Assembly: GCA_976551045.1 (NCBI GenBank)
Contig: CDPCPM010000213.1
Location: forward strand, 11,408,001 to 11,472,000
Length of the DNA: 64,000 nt
Source: Glaucostegus cemiculus
Taxonomy: Eukaryota
Direction of reading: 5' to 3'
The notes beneath the pieces are model-generated. The model had not been told where the DNA came from, did not search any database, and saw only the letters and a list, made by a program, of their open reading frames with translations. This document shows, piece after piece, positions 1 to 12,189 of this stretch. The first letter of the stretch is position 1, and each line of letters starts with the position of its first letter. Both the position numbers and the translations under genes were made by a program.

Positions 1-1982
1 CCATAATCCTGCTATCTGCAAAGCAGAAGCTGTCCCTGTTCTCAGTAGTATCTTATACTGTCCTCATTTGCTAAACACCTTTTTCTTCATTGTTCCCACC
101 TAACAAGTGGTATTTCTTTTTTACAGCATTTTGATCGTGGAGATGTTGTGGTGATGGTAAACTTAGCAGTGGTAATTTTATTTCAGACTGAATTACTTTC
201 CCTCTTTGTCATCAGTGCACCAATATGAAAGGCTTATTTTCCTTCTCTGTTTAGCGTTCATTCTGCTGCTTGAAATTCATTACCTTTTTTTCTTAGTAAA
301 ATTATTTAAATGCATCTGTCCTGAGTGTTAATTGTTGTCCATTAGGGATTAAATGGTGCAAAGCGACTTTGTTATATGTGCTACTTAAAAATTCAAATCT
401 ACTCAATATCAATGTGTAGTATTGTCCAAAAGTTGATTTTACCCGTTTGCTGGGCACTTGCACAAGCTACTGCAAATAAACATTTAAATTTAAAAAAACG
501 CTAGTATTACTAATAATTGTTAAATTTTCTTAATCTGTACAGCAACTTAACCTGAGTACCTTCACAATGCACCCAAATAAGTTATACAAGTCAATGACTT
601 CTATAACACCCTTCTTAGTATTGTCTTGTACAGATTAAGTCTGAGCCCAATGGCTAATCAGTATGCTATTTTGTGAATTGGCTTGCTCCCAAAAAAAGTC
701 AGTGTGGGTGGTTATTTTTAATTAAAATTCACCATTTTGCTGTGTAGAAACTAATTTGTGTTTCACCAAATTCGTAGAACATCGAAGGTAAGTAGTTCGT
801 TCCATCACACTCAGCAGGCAGCAGCTGATTGTGTCCTTCTGATTTAGATATGTGGTAGTAAAGTGCTAGGCTGTCCCATTTGCTTTGTTTGGCTGGTTGA
901 GTGGATTAAAAATTTCTGATTCTTAAACATAGTTCAATTAGTACAGTTGAAAGTTTAATTTTCTTTGCATAAGTCCTTTTCACAGCTTAGACTCCTGCAT
1001 CAGCATGTTTGGTCTAAACCTCAAAAGTAATGGGTAAATGCCTGCATTGCAAAGTTGATAAATTATCTGTTGTGGCTTACAGTATATACAATTATAAATG
1101 TGTTATCTGAATTTTAATTTTCATGCAGTTAAGATTGAGGTTGGAAGCACTGCACTTAAAGGCATATTTGTTTATTAAAGCCTTTGAAGGAAGACTAAAT
1201 TATTTTTTAAACTCAAATTAAAAAGTAGTAAAGTGCAGCTGCTGTTTATATAATTGGTAAAAGCCAAATACAGTGTTTATTTATGTTCTCGCAACCAAAA
1301 TGTGTTTTCAAGCTACTTAATGAGGCTTAGTAAACATTTTTGTCTTTGTATATGCAAACATACTTTTCAATTTATTGGAAACGGTCATGGATGAATTGTT
1401 GCCTCCTTTTCCCAATCTCTGTTTAAAACAACTCTTGTAATATGTTTATTCAATTTCACTTTTAAACATTTATTAATTTTTTCATTTTCTTTTCCGCTTC
1501 CTCCCCCCACTACTATCTCCAAAATAAAAAGAAAGTTTTAAAATGGTGTAAATTAGAAACAAGTATTTCTCTAGTTCAGTAAAATAATTTAAAAAATCCT
1601 TGGCCAACACGTCAGCTAAGTCTGTAGAATTTAAAAATAAATTCAATATTTTTGCCCTTTTTGTAAGGTCAGGCCGTATGAACACCTCCATTAACATTTT
1701 AAAGAATCACACAACAGTACATTTGCAACTTTGATTCTAAGCATGCTAAATGCTATGAGCAATAAATTCTTCTCATTGGTTAATTTAAGTAATTGATGAT
1801 TAGTGTGCCGACTTTCACCTGTGTATTATCTAATCTTCACTGTTATAGAAAATGTACAATGAATGCCGCTAAAACTAAGCTGTGAGAATGGCTTCTGTTT
1901 GGTTCACTGTAGCTTTCTGGCCTCTGCACTCCAAGGCAAGATCTTTACCCACCAGTCCCTCTGAGCACGTAATTATAGCTGA

Positions 1983-2105
<123 letters not shown>

Positions 2106-2309
2106 TAGTTGGAATAAGAGCAAACTTTCTATAAATGTTTTTTGAAATTTCATAATTGATTGTGACAGTAAATTTAACTCTAAGCTATTTGTTGGTATAC
2201 CTTACAACAAATTATCTCCAAAGTTGGTATAAAGTGTAAAGATCCTGAGGAAATAAGAAAGGAATAGGCCCTTCAAGCCTTCATTAAAAAATACTGGTCT
2301 TAATAGAAA

Positions 2310-2490
2310 ACAAAACTGATTGCTAGAATCATTCAACATGTCATTTTGCATCTGTGGACAGAATGTATAAATTAACATTTCTGTCTGGCTCTTTGTGATG
2401 TTCCTTTCAGTGGAAAATGCACACTGTTCTTGGAGTTTCTAACATTTACAGTTTTTATCAGATGCCCTTCACCTGCAGTTTTATTTTTGC
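2310..2490. mobile_element. Highly decayed short Penelope-terminus-like repeat
   Basis: gctagaatcattcaacatgtc...gcatctgtggacagaa...ttaacatttc resembles the copies at about 18290, 18810 and 24584, with an opposite-orientation remnant near 2430-2490. Confidence 0.35.
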
Positions 2491-3179
2491 TGACCATCTT
2501 AATGTGAAGTTTCTTCAGCTCTTGAATGTGTATACTTATTAAGCAGTGAGGAAATGTGCCATTTGATCAAAAGGAAGGAGGAGTAAGTGAAGAAAATAAC
2601 AACTGGTCTTTGAAAAATTTGTGATGTGGGTTTGAGTTGTTTGCTACATATAATCCAGACTATGCAAATACAGGGACTTTCTTATGCTAGATGAAATGCA
2701 ACGTCTCATTAGTTAGCTCTAAGATTCAGGTTTTGTGCTTTACTTCCTCAATCACTGATGGGAGCAATAATATTTCAAAGTACCCCTGACCACCAGATCA
2801 TGCTGAAGCTTTGAGTTGATACTAGCTGAAATTACAAGAAGATTTCTATGTTCTCAATTATATTTTCTTTGCAGTATATCCATTCAGATATACTGAATGG
2901 ATATAAGCTAGTAAGCTGTTTACCAAGAATAGTTTTAGTCTTCACTTTGTCATTTAAAAATGTGTTCTAAAATATCAAAGCAGCAAGTCCATCTATGTTG
3001 ACATTTGCAGTTCCTTGTTGATTTTTGCTAGGATTAACAAATCACAAAGGAGATGGGTACACAAATTAGGCCGGTGGGATTAGGTCAAAGATAGGTTTAA
3101 GCAAAAGTTCAGATTGGTTTTAGAGTTGTTCAGTTGCCTTAAACAGAGATTTAGCCTTTGTCTCATCATTTATGAGGCA

Positions 3180-3870
3180 ATTCTTGGACAATGTTCAGGC
3201 ATGGACTGAAAAGTGACAAGGAACATTTGTGCTTGAGAGCTAGGCAAGGATCATATTCCAAAGTCTCCCACCACAGAGCTTGAATTCAACTAGACCAGCT
3301 ACATAAACAACAAATACAGAATCAGGTTAACTATTCTACTCGCCTTCTGACACCCACAACCTTTCCGCCATGTACACGGCACAAGTCGGAATCATATCAG
3401 AATAATTTTAACTTATCTGGATGAATGTTGCTCTAGCAATGATCAAAAAGCTTGACACCATCCAAGATAAAGTAGCTTGAATGGCATCCCATCAACCATC
3501 CTAAACATTCATTCCTACCACCTCTGGTGCACAGTGTGTACTATCTACCAAATGCAGTTCAGTTATTCACCTAGGCTGCTCTGGCAGCACCTCTCAAACC
3601 CAGAACTTCCAAGATCATGGACAAGGCAGCAGGTACATGGCATACCACCCATTTCCAAGATCCCCTCCATCTCACACCATCCTATTTGGAAATGTATAGG
3701 TCCTTCATTGTTGCTGAGTCTAAATCCTTGAAATCCCTCCAAGAGCTGCGTGGGAATACATTGATCAAAAAGACAGCAGAGGTTGATGAAGGTGGCTTAT
3801 CACCACCTCTCAAGGACAACTAGGGAAAAACAGTAAATATTGACCTGATCACTGACACCAAGATTCTGAA
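3180..3870 (+). mobile_element. Decayed non-LTR retrotransposon 3' fragment (CR1/L2 group)
   Basis: aagcttgacaccatccaagataaagtagc and gtgtgtactatctaccaaatgca...cagcacctctcaaaccc recur at about 5790-6090. Related sequence sits near the window end, next to an RT fragment. Confidence 0.65.
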
Positions 3871-4416
3871 AAATAAGTTTGAAAAATGACCAATTTTGAA
3901 TCATTAAGTTTTAGTCATACTAAGTTACTTTTGCAATTGACAGTATTGAGTTTGCTGTTCACTTTTGTAAAATTTATACTTGTGTTTTCAGAATGATTTA
4001 TTGGGTTATTACATTAATAATGCTTTGTTCAGTCTTTCAAAAATCTGATTAGTTTTGTCATCATTTCTACTTATTATCCAAAATTTGAAATGACTGTACT
4101 GAAATTAGTATTTGATTTCCTGAGAAATGAAAAATACTAATGTTGTAGACTTGTTATACAAGGGATTAAATGTAATTGATACAGCAGAATACTTCACTTT
4201 ATCTCAATATTACATTTGTTGTTGCAGCAGTTCTATATCACTCCATTGGTTGGCATATATCAGTTGATAGGATTTTTTAAGATGATCACAGCATACCACT
4301 CCATCTAGTGGTTTGACTGGAAATTGAACACTTCAGAATAAAGCAAAAGATCAGACAAATAGGTATCCTTGTCCTTGCAGTCAGAGAGGCAATGGGGCTG
4401 GTTACACGGTAGTGTA

Positions 4417-4711
4417 GGGCAGGCATGGTAGTGTAGCGGTTAGAGTAACACTATTACAGTGCCAGCAGCCCAGGTTCAATTCTGGCCACTGTCTGTAAGG
4501 AGTTTGTATGTTCTCCCCGTGTATCTGCGTGGGTTTCCTTTGGGTGCTCCAGTTTCCTCCCACATTCCAAAGATGGGTTAGGAAGTTGTGGACATGCTAT
4601 GTTGGTGCCAGAAGCGTGGCAACACTTGTGGGCTACCCCCAGAACACTACACAAAAGATGCATTTCACTGTGTTTCGATGTATGTGTGACTAATAAAGAT
4701 ATCTTATCTTA
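4417..4711 (+). mobile_element. tRNA-derived V-SINE (HE1-like)
   Basis: A-box-like tggtagtgtagcgg, B-box gttcaattc (4474-4482), V-domain ggagtttgtatgttctccccgtg...gcgtgggtttcc...ggtgctccagtttcctcccaca, then aataaa and an atcttatctta tail. Confidence 0.85.
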
Positions 4712-5789
4712 CACATTTGAACCCATGATAAAAGTAAATTTAACTTCATTTATTGCAATTAATGTCAAGTTAGAAAGCCAAGTCATAATTTTTAAAGAAA
4801 AATATGTCAGAAAATGGATATGGGTTTGTTCCTAATTTAAAGGACACTTAAACAACACGTTTAATCATTTGGCTAAGAATGGTAAAAATTTGCATTGCTA
4901 GCCCTTAGAGTGGCTAAGAATACACAGTCCAATTTTATTAATAAAAGTTGAGTAGTGTTTTAAACAAAATGAGAAAAAGATGGATATGCTGTTTTAGTCA
5001 CTCTGCCCCTGTTTTCTGAAATTCCATGTCTTGCTCCTTTTGTCCTGATAGATGCCCTTTTTCCTGCACCTTGAAGATCTTGTAAACTTATGTTTTTAAC
5101 CCAAATTTTTTCTTTGCAGTGCATCTCCTGAATTTTACCAGTTTCCCTTCAATTTTCTGTGCCTCTGTAAAATTATTTTGACACTTCTTTCTAAAATAAA
5201 ATTTGCAGCAATGTTAATAATTGAATTAGCTTAGGATCTTTATACTGCTACATCACCCATAGAAGTTTAGCTGATAAAGTTTGCATTACAACCCAGCTTT
5301 GTGCAATCAGTCTGCTATTATTTTATGTTATTAGATCTGTGGTATAGTCTGTACATCTAATTTTTTAGCTTATATGAGATGGAGATGAGATGGAACTTGT
5401 GAAACTAGTGACTTGTTTTCACTTGTTTAGGCAGCTGATTGCCAAACAGGTAACAACTTCGTCCCGGAACAGACCATTTTTTGAATTTGTCTTTATCCAT
5501 TTCAATATTTTTAACAAGATTTATCTGAAATGTTTCTGAAGGAACATGTGATAGTGAAAACCAAAGCTGTTTTTCACTATTGCTTGCCTTGATTGCTCCA
5601 CCCATCTTGCTCTGAGAATTGGGTAGTGAAGTTCTCATTTTTCCCTCCATGGGAAATGCCTGCAAAAACTGAAAACTGGAATGAGGAAAGAATAGGATTA
5701 GTTTACTAATTATTTGGTGGTTATACCATTTGTAGTGTGCAACATTGGGTCTAATTCAACCTTTGTTTTAGAAGTAATTTTATTTAATT

Positions 5790-6090
5790 CTCTCCATCTT
5801 CAGAGCAGCATGACTGTAATGTGTACCATCTACAGAATACACTAGCAGTTGCTAAGGTTTCTTTGAACATGCTTCCCAGACTCCTGACCTAGAAGGTTAA
5901 GACTGGTAGGCATTTGGAATCTCCAACCTCAAGTTCTTCGAGTTGTACACTGTTTTGACTTGGAAATGCATTACCATTTCATTATTGTCACTGGAACTTG
6001 CTACCTAACAGCATTATTGGCTATCTACATCAGATTAGGATGGATGCACAATGCTAACTTTGTCAGTGATAAAGTGATCCCACGAATGAT
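5790..6090 (+). mobile_element. Decayed LINE 3' fragment, same family as 3180-3870
   Basis: gtgtaccatctacagaatacac...ttgacttggaaatgcatt...ttcattattgtcactgg parallels the 3530-3720 segment. Confidence 0.55.
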
Positions 6091-6134
6091 TAAGAGAACT
6101 TGACACAAAGGAATGTCTTCCATATTTGGAATGA

Positions 6135-6350
<216 letters not shown>

Positions 6351-6871
6351 TGAATGCTGTAGCTTTCCCCATCAATCTTCATTTAAAATGAATTACCATT
6401 ACAATGATGCATACATCTTAATATATAACACAGTTGGATACAGCAAGTCTCAAATTGCATGATTGTGAATTCATGTTCTTTCCAAGTGTTTCCTAATATG
6501 ACTGTAACTTGCTAGAATATTACTCTGATATGTGTTTATTTTCTGAATGTATTTTTAATTTTATTAACAACTGGAAATGCTACAAATTAACACTTTTTTC
6601 AAGATTAGACGTATCAAGCTAGCTGGAGTTAGCTAATGTCATTAATACAATTGAATTAGATTTATACTCAAAGAATTTTAAGCCTGTGACATACAATTAT
6701 AAAATCGAAAATGGCACTTCACATTTTGACTTCTGGACTGAGCCATTGGAGAAAAAGGGAGTTGAACAGCATTAAAATGAATGCCTATTAATGTTAATTG
6801 ATTTTGAAAACTTTGGTAAAATGTTTTATAATCCAGATGCACGGTTTGTAATTCATTGTTGGACTGTGGCT

Positions 6872-7277
6872 TTTATTGGTATTGGTTTATTATTGTCACT
6901 TGTACCGAGGTAGAGTGAAAAGCTTGTCTTACAAACCGATCGTACAGGTCACTTCATTACACAGTGCGGTTACATTGAGTTAGTACAAAGTGCGTTGATG
7001 TACTGCAGGTAAAAACAGTAACAGTACAGAGTAAAATGTCACAGCTACAGAGAAAGTGCAGTACGATAAGGTACAAGGTCACAACAAGGTAGATTGTGAG
7101 CTCATAGTCCATCTCATTGTATAACGGAGCCATTCAATAGTCTTATCACAGTGGGGTAGAAGCTGTCCTTAAGTCTGGTGGTACGTGCTCTCAGGCACCT
7201 GTATCTTCTACCCAATGGAAGAGGAGAGAAGAGAGAATGTCCCGGGTAGGTGGGGTCTTTGATTATGTTGGCAGCTA
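6872..7277 (-). mobile_element. LINE 3' end in reverse orientation (Rex1/L2-like; clade uncertain)
   Basis: Begins with attggtattggtttatt, which on the minus strand is AATAAA plus a short-repeat tail, followed by typical 3' UTR / ORF2-end sequence. Confidence 0.6.
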
Positions 7278-7559
7278 AACCATTATTGGCAAGACCATCA
7301 TTTAATTCTATCCCTGGTTGTCTTGAACACCTGCTGTGAGGTATAGAGATCTAGGAGCTGGCAGAGGAAAGTCAATGATCTATCTGTAGGATTGGTGTAC
7401 AACTTGAATGGGTGCCTGGAGGTGGCAGTAGTCCTCCATGCCTACTCCTATTGTTCTAATTATTACAAATTATGGATTTAGAAGGTATTCGTATCTCCAT
7501 CTAGAACAGACTAAGTTTTCTGAACACATCTGTGATATTGATATTAGGATTGCTTTAAT

Positions 7560-7960
7560 TGGTTTCCATGCCTGTGGATTTTGGAGTGAAAAATAGACCA
7601 TGGATTCTGTTCTTGATTGCTGTCAGCTACAATTGATCATGCTAGTAAGCAGCATTAGAAACCACAGGATTAAAGAACCAGTGACAGTCCATATAGGAAA
7701 TTGGATGAGGAACAGAAAACAGTGTACTGCTGAATGTTTGTTTTTAAATTGATGGGATATTTACTGTGGTGTTCCCCAAGTTATCAAAGCCATTGATTTT
7801 TGTTTTGACGTGTAACATGACCCAATATTGAAATAATTTCAAAGTCTGTAGACGACATGGAACTGGAAGATGTAGTAAATATTGATGAGCACTGGAATAT
7901 AATTCAGAGGGACATAGAGAGGCTGATGAAAGTAGATGCACAGCACATTAAATTTAACAA
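7560..7960 (+). mobile_element. CR1 LINE reverse-transcriptase fragment
   Basis: Degenerate GVPQG (ggtgttccccaag), FADD-equivalent (tctgtagacgac) and IQRDIERL in ORF 7857..8168. Confidence 0.7.
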
Positions 7961-7964
7961 GCAT

Positions 7965-10510
7965 ACCGTGTTGGATACTGTTTTGGGGGTGGGGATTGGA
8001 GGTTGGAATAGGCTCCCAGGGGAGGACTGCAGCAACAGCCTAGTTCATGGAACTATGGTGGCATTACTGTACAGAAGAGGAGGGGACAAGACTGGGAAAG
8101 TGATTGTGGTAGGGGATTCCATTGTAAGGGGCTCAGATAGGCTAGTGACTGTAGAAATAAAAGAATAGGTCAGCTGAATGGCTGAAGGGATGGTGCAGGA
8201 GGATAGGCTTTAAGTTCTTGGATCACTGGATCTTCTGGAGAAGGTGGGATCTGTACAAGCGGAACAGGTTGCACTTTAACCAGAGCGGGACCAACATTTT
8301 TGCTGGTAGGTTTGCTAGTGCTGCAGAGAAAGGTTTAAACTGAGTTGGCAGGGAAAGGGGCTCGGAGTAGTTATTCAGATGGAGAGGAACAATCACCTCG
8401 AGGATAAATAGCAAGTCCATTTTGCAGAAAAAGTGAGTAGGTGAAAATCAATGCAAGGAGTAGAACTAGTAGATGAACTCAAAGATTTAATTAACAATAT
8501 TGTTGCCATCACTGAGACATAGTTGAAGGATGAGCAGGACTCGCAACTCATTATCACAGGGTTTAGAATTTTCGGGTGAGACAGGAGGGGAATAAAAGTG
8601 GAAGAGGTGTTGCACTGTTATTCAAAGATAGTATTACTTTAGTATTGAGGAAGGATATCCTAGGAGGCTTCTCAAACAAGGTCACATGGATAGAGATTAG
8701 AAACACAATGGTGTTGTCATTTACTGGTGGTGTATTACAGACTGCCCAACAGTCAACAGGTGATAGAGGAACAGATATGTAGTTAGATATTAGAGAGAGG
8801 CAATTAAAAATTAGTACTCTGGAATTTCAGTTTGGCGGATACTAACTGGGGTTACCTTAGGGTTAATGGCTCAGAGGGGGCGGAATGTTTGAGCTGTGTT
8901 CTGGAGAATTTTTTGACGCAGTATGTAGAAGGACAGGATTAATGATAACTTGGAAAGGCAGGGACTAATTAGAGATAGCCAACGTGGCTTTGTTAAGTGC
9001 AGATGCTATCTGACCAATTTGATCAAATTCTTTGAAGAGGTAACAAAGTATATGAATGAGGCCAGGGCAGGAAATGTGATTTACATGGACTTCAGTAAAG
9101 CCTTAGACAACGTGTCATCTGGAAGACAGGTTCAAAAGTTAGGGTCCATGAAATCCAGTGCAAGTTGGCAATCTCAATCCAAAATTGGCTTGGCGATAGA
9201 AGACAGAGGGTGATGGCAATAGGAGGCAGGGGGTCATTTTGTGATTAGATGCCTGTGACTAGAGGCGTCCCACAAGGATCGATGCTGGGACACTTGTTGT
9301 TTGTAATATACGCGAATGATTTAAATGTGAATGTGGAAGGCTAGATCAGTGATTTTGTGGATGAAATAAAGATTGGTGGAGTTGTTGATGGTGTGGCAGG
9401 TCGTCTTAGGCTGCAGGGAGTTGGTAAAATGAGCTGAGAAATGGCAAATGGACTTTAATTCAGACAAATGTGAAGTGATGCATTTTGGGAGCACTAATAA
9501 CGCTAGGACATGCACCATGAATACTTGGGTCTTATTTGAGTATTTTGATTATTTGAGTATTGAGAAACAAAGACCTTGGTGTATGTACAAAGTTCTTGAG
9601 AGTGGCATTGAAGGAAGATAACATGGTTAAGAAAGAATATGGGATACTGCCCTGCATTGGTTGGGCATTCAGTGCAGAAGTTGAGAGGTTATGTTCCACC
9701 TTTCATGCTCAGACCTCAACTGGAGTACAGGCAACCCTCGTGGTACAGCTGGTCAGGTAATGAAAATTCACCCTTACAAAATTCACAAATCACTATCCAA
9801 AAATTTGAGCTACAGAATAAAATTCTCAGAATTTGTGTTGGGGGGGAGCGGAAGTAAATGAACAAATTTTTCAATTTGCATTTCTTGATGCACATGCAAA
9901 TGTCGTGGTTTCGCGTTACGGAAGATCACAATATGGACTGTTCTCTAGGAGTGCAACCCCTCCACCCCCTGCAACACAGTGGTTGTCCGTACTGTGTGCA
10001 ATTCTGATCACCAAGGGATAGGATAGGGCTAGAGAGGATGCAGAAGAGATTCACCCAGATGTTGCCTGGAATGGAGCAGTTCAGTGAGGAGTGATTGTAG
10101 AATCTAGGTCTATTCTTCCTGGAACAGAGAATGTTAAGAGAGGACATTGTTGAGGTATAAAAAATTGTGAGGGGTATTTATAGGGTAAACTGCAGGAAAC
10201 TTTTCCCCATTCGAGAGACGGATAAAACTGGGGGACGTAGGAGTAGGGAAAGGTGGAAGACACATAAAGGGGATATGAGGGGACCTTCACCCAGTGAGTG
10301 GCACCTAGAATGCACTGTCTGAGAGAGTGGCTGAAGCTGGGTCTGTGATGGAATTTTAGTGTCTAGGTAAATATTTGAATTACTAAGGCAGAGAGGACTG
10401 TGGACCAAGTGCTGGGCGATGGGATTACTGCAGAAAGGTGCCCACTAGTCAGTGTGAAAGACTTGGGATGAATGGCCTGTTTCCACACTGAACAATTCTA
10501 TGATTCAATG
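7965..10510 (+). mobile_element. Heavily deleted CR1 LINE keeping pieces of the ORF1 esterase, APE endonuclease, RT and 3' tail
   Basis: Colinear motifs: VIVVGDSIVRG (SGNH esterase), WDLYKR..LH, IVAITET, GRGVALL, GLIRDSQRGFVK..LTNLIKFFEEVT..VIYMDFSKA, ggcgtcccacaaggatc, LEY-CVQF, and the tail aatggcctgtttcc...attctatgattc. Many stops and frameshifts. Confidence 0.85.
9728..9989 (+). mobile_element. Tc1/mariner-superfamily (Tigger/pogo-like) MITE nested in the CR1
   Basis: Interrupts CR1 ctggagTA|ctgtgtgcaa with a TA duplication (9726-9727 and 9990-9991). Imperfect TIRs caggcaaccctcgtg / cacagtggttgtccg. Confidence 0.75.
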
Positions 10511-12189
10511 AGAAATGTTGGATTTGTAGGAAGGATGAAGTGTGGTGAGATGATTTAAATGATATAATTTTAATGAGGGTGCTAGAATAGAGACCCAATA
10601 GTGTACGTACACCAGTTTTTGGACCCAGTAAGGTGAATTTAAACGATTGTTACAACACTTGTGGAATTCGTAGCTTTGTTAATGGAACTTAAGAATACAA
10701 AAATTGTTGTGTTCGGAACTACACTGTCTGAAAAGTTGTTGGAAACAAATCTGGTAATACCTTTCAAATGGAAATATAAAAGTACTGAAGGGAAACGTGG
10801 AAAGACGAAGGACATGGACATTTCAAAGAGCCAATGTGAACACTTTTAGTGAAATAACTTCTACTTGTATCACTATATGATTTTATTTCATATCTGTAAT
10901 GTCCTATTATTCCTGAGTTGAGGCTCACCAGGTAAGTCATTTTAGCAAACTGCCAGACAGTGCTTGTGAAATGGTATCCTAATGTGTTTGCGGGCACCAG
11001 GAAAGAAGGAGTAAAATAATACTGAAACCTAGAGTGTGATGGACATTTATGCATCCCTTTTGTCAGCTGCAACTACCCACACTCCTTTATGAGAGTAAAA
11101 AAGCACAATACAACATATGAGGGGATTTGTAATGCATTGTATGGATCCAATGTTAACTTAACTACTTAGAGTTAAGTGGAGGATAATTTGCTGTCAGTAG
11201 AGTTTAGGGCAATTTGGTTTGTGTAAACTGAGGACTTGGATCTTGTGCATTGGAACAGCAAAACCAAATCTGGCAGTAAGAAGTAACTTTGCTGAACTGT
11301 TTGCCTTTAAATGGTTCAGGACTGCTCAATAACACAGGCCATGCCGGAGGATGTTAATGAACAGAACATCAAAAATTTGCTTGGAATTTAACTTACAAAG
11401 ATAAATTTGTGGTTAAATGTTCAGGTAGATATGGAGGGTAGACAAACTAGAGAACACCACTAGAGGTCAGTGATTTGATTAAGATTTTATGGTCTGGGTG
11501 GAAAGTAAAGCTTATGTAAACTTTACAATAATGCAAGGTAAATATGTGCTCTGGTGTTGTGAATAGAGATTGAGTGAATGTGACTCTCTACAAGGACGAT
11601 TTTTTGCATTCGTTTGCATTGCACCACAAGTCTTGATGGTAGGCTTTTTTTAAATATGCCCGACCTAGTTGATTGCCGATGAACACATGCCATAGCCACT
11701 CATTGTTTTGACTGTCTAAGATTTGTAAACTTTTTTGTGCTGCCCTATATTCATGATCTCTTGTTGCAGGCCCAACATTTTTCCTGTTCAATCCATAAGA
11801 CTGCATGTTAAAAGTTGCCAATCCATTCTCCAGCTGCAGCAGAGATAATCTTGATTTCTTTTGTACATGAACAAACAATAGGTACTTTGAGGGTTGTGTG
11901 AGCAATTGTGATGTGAATATTGATTCTTTTTGTAGTAGTGTAAAATATTAAACCCATTTCATCAAAAGTAAGCTTTTTAATGGTACAGATTACATTATCA
12001 GCCATAACTTTATCTCTAAAAGAAATTGTGATATATTTGTCATTCACTAGACAGGTTCTCAGCTATTTGGGGAGACAGATGGCCTAAATTTTTACAATTC
12101 TCCAAACTACTGAAATGTAGATGCATCTTTCTCTGATTCTTTTTAAAAGTGGCTTTAGATGACTTCATATTTTTATTCTGGAGTGTAAT

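Noticed and set aside
1901-1941. Possible 23-nt exon (ctgtag acceptor at 1912, AAG|gcaaga GC donor)
   Set aside because: GC donors normally need a near-perfect consensus, the acceptor is weak, and it is very close to the real exon.
4417-4500. tRNA gene
   Set aside because: The A/B boxes belong to a SINE head that runs directly into the V-domain. No full cloverleaf is evident.
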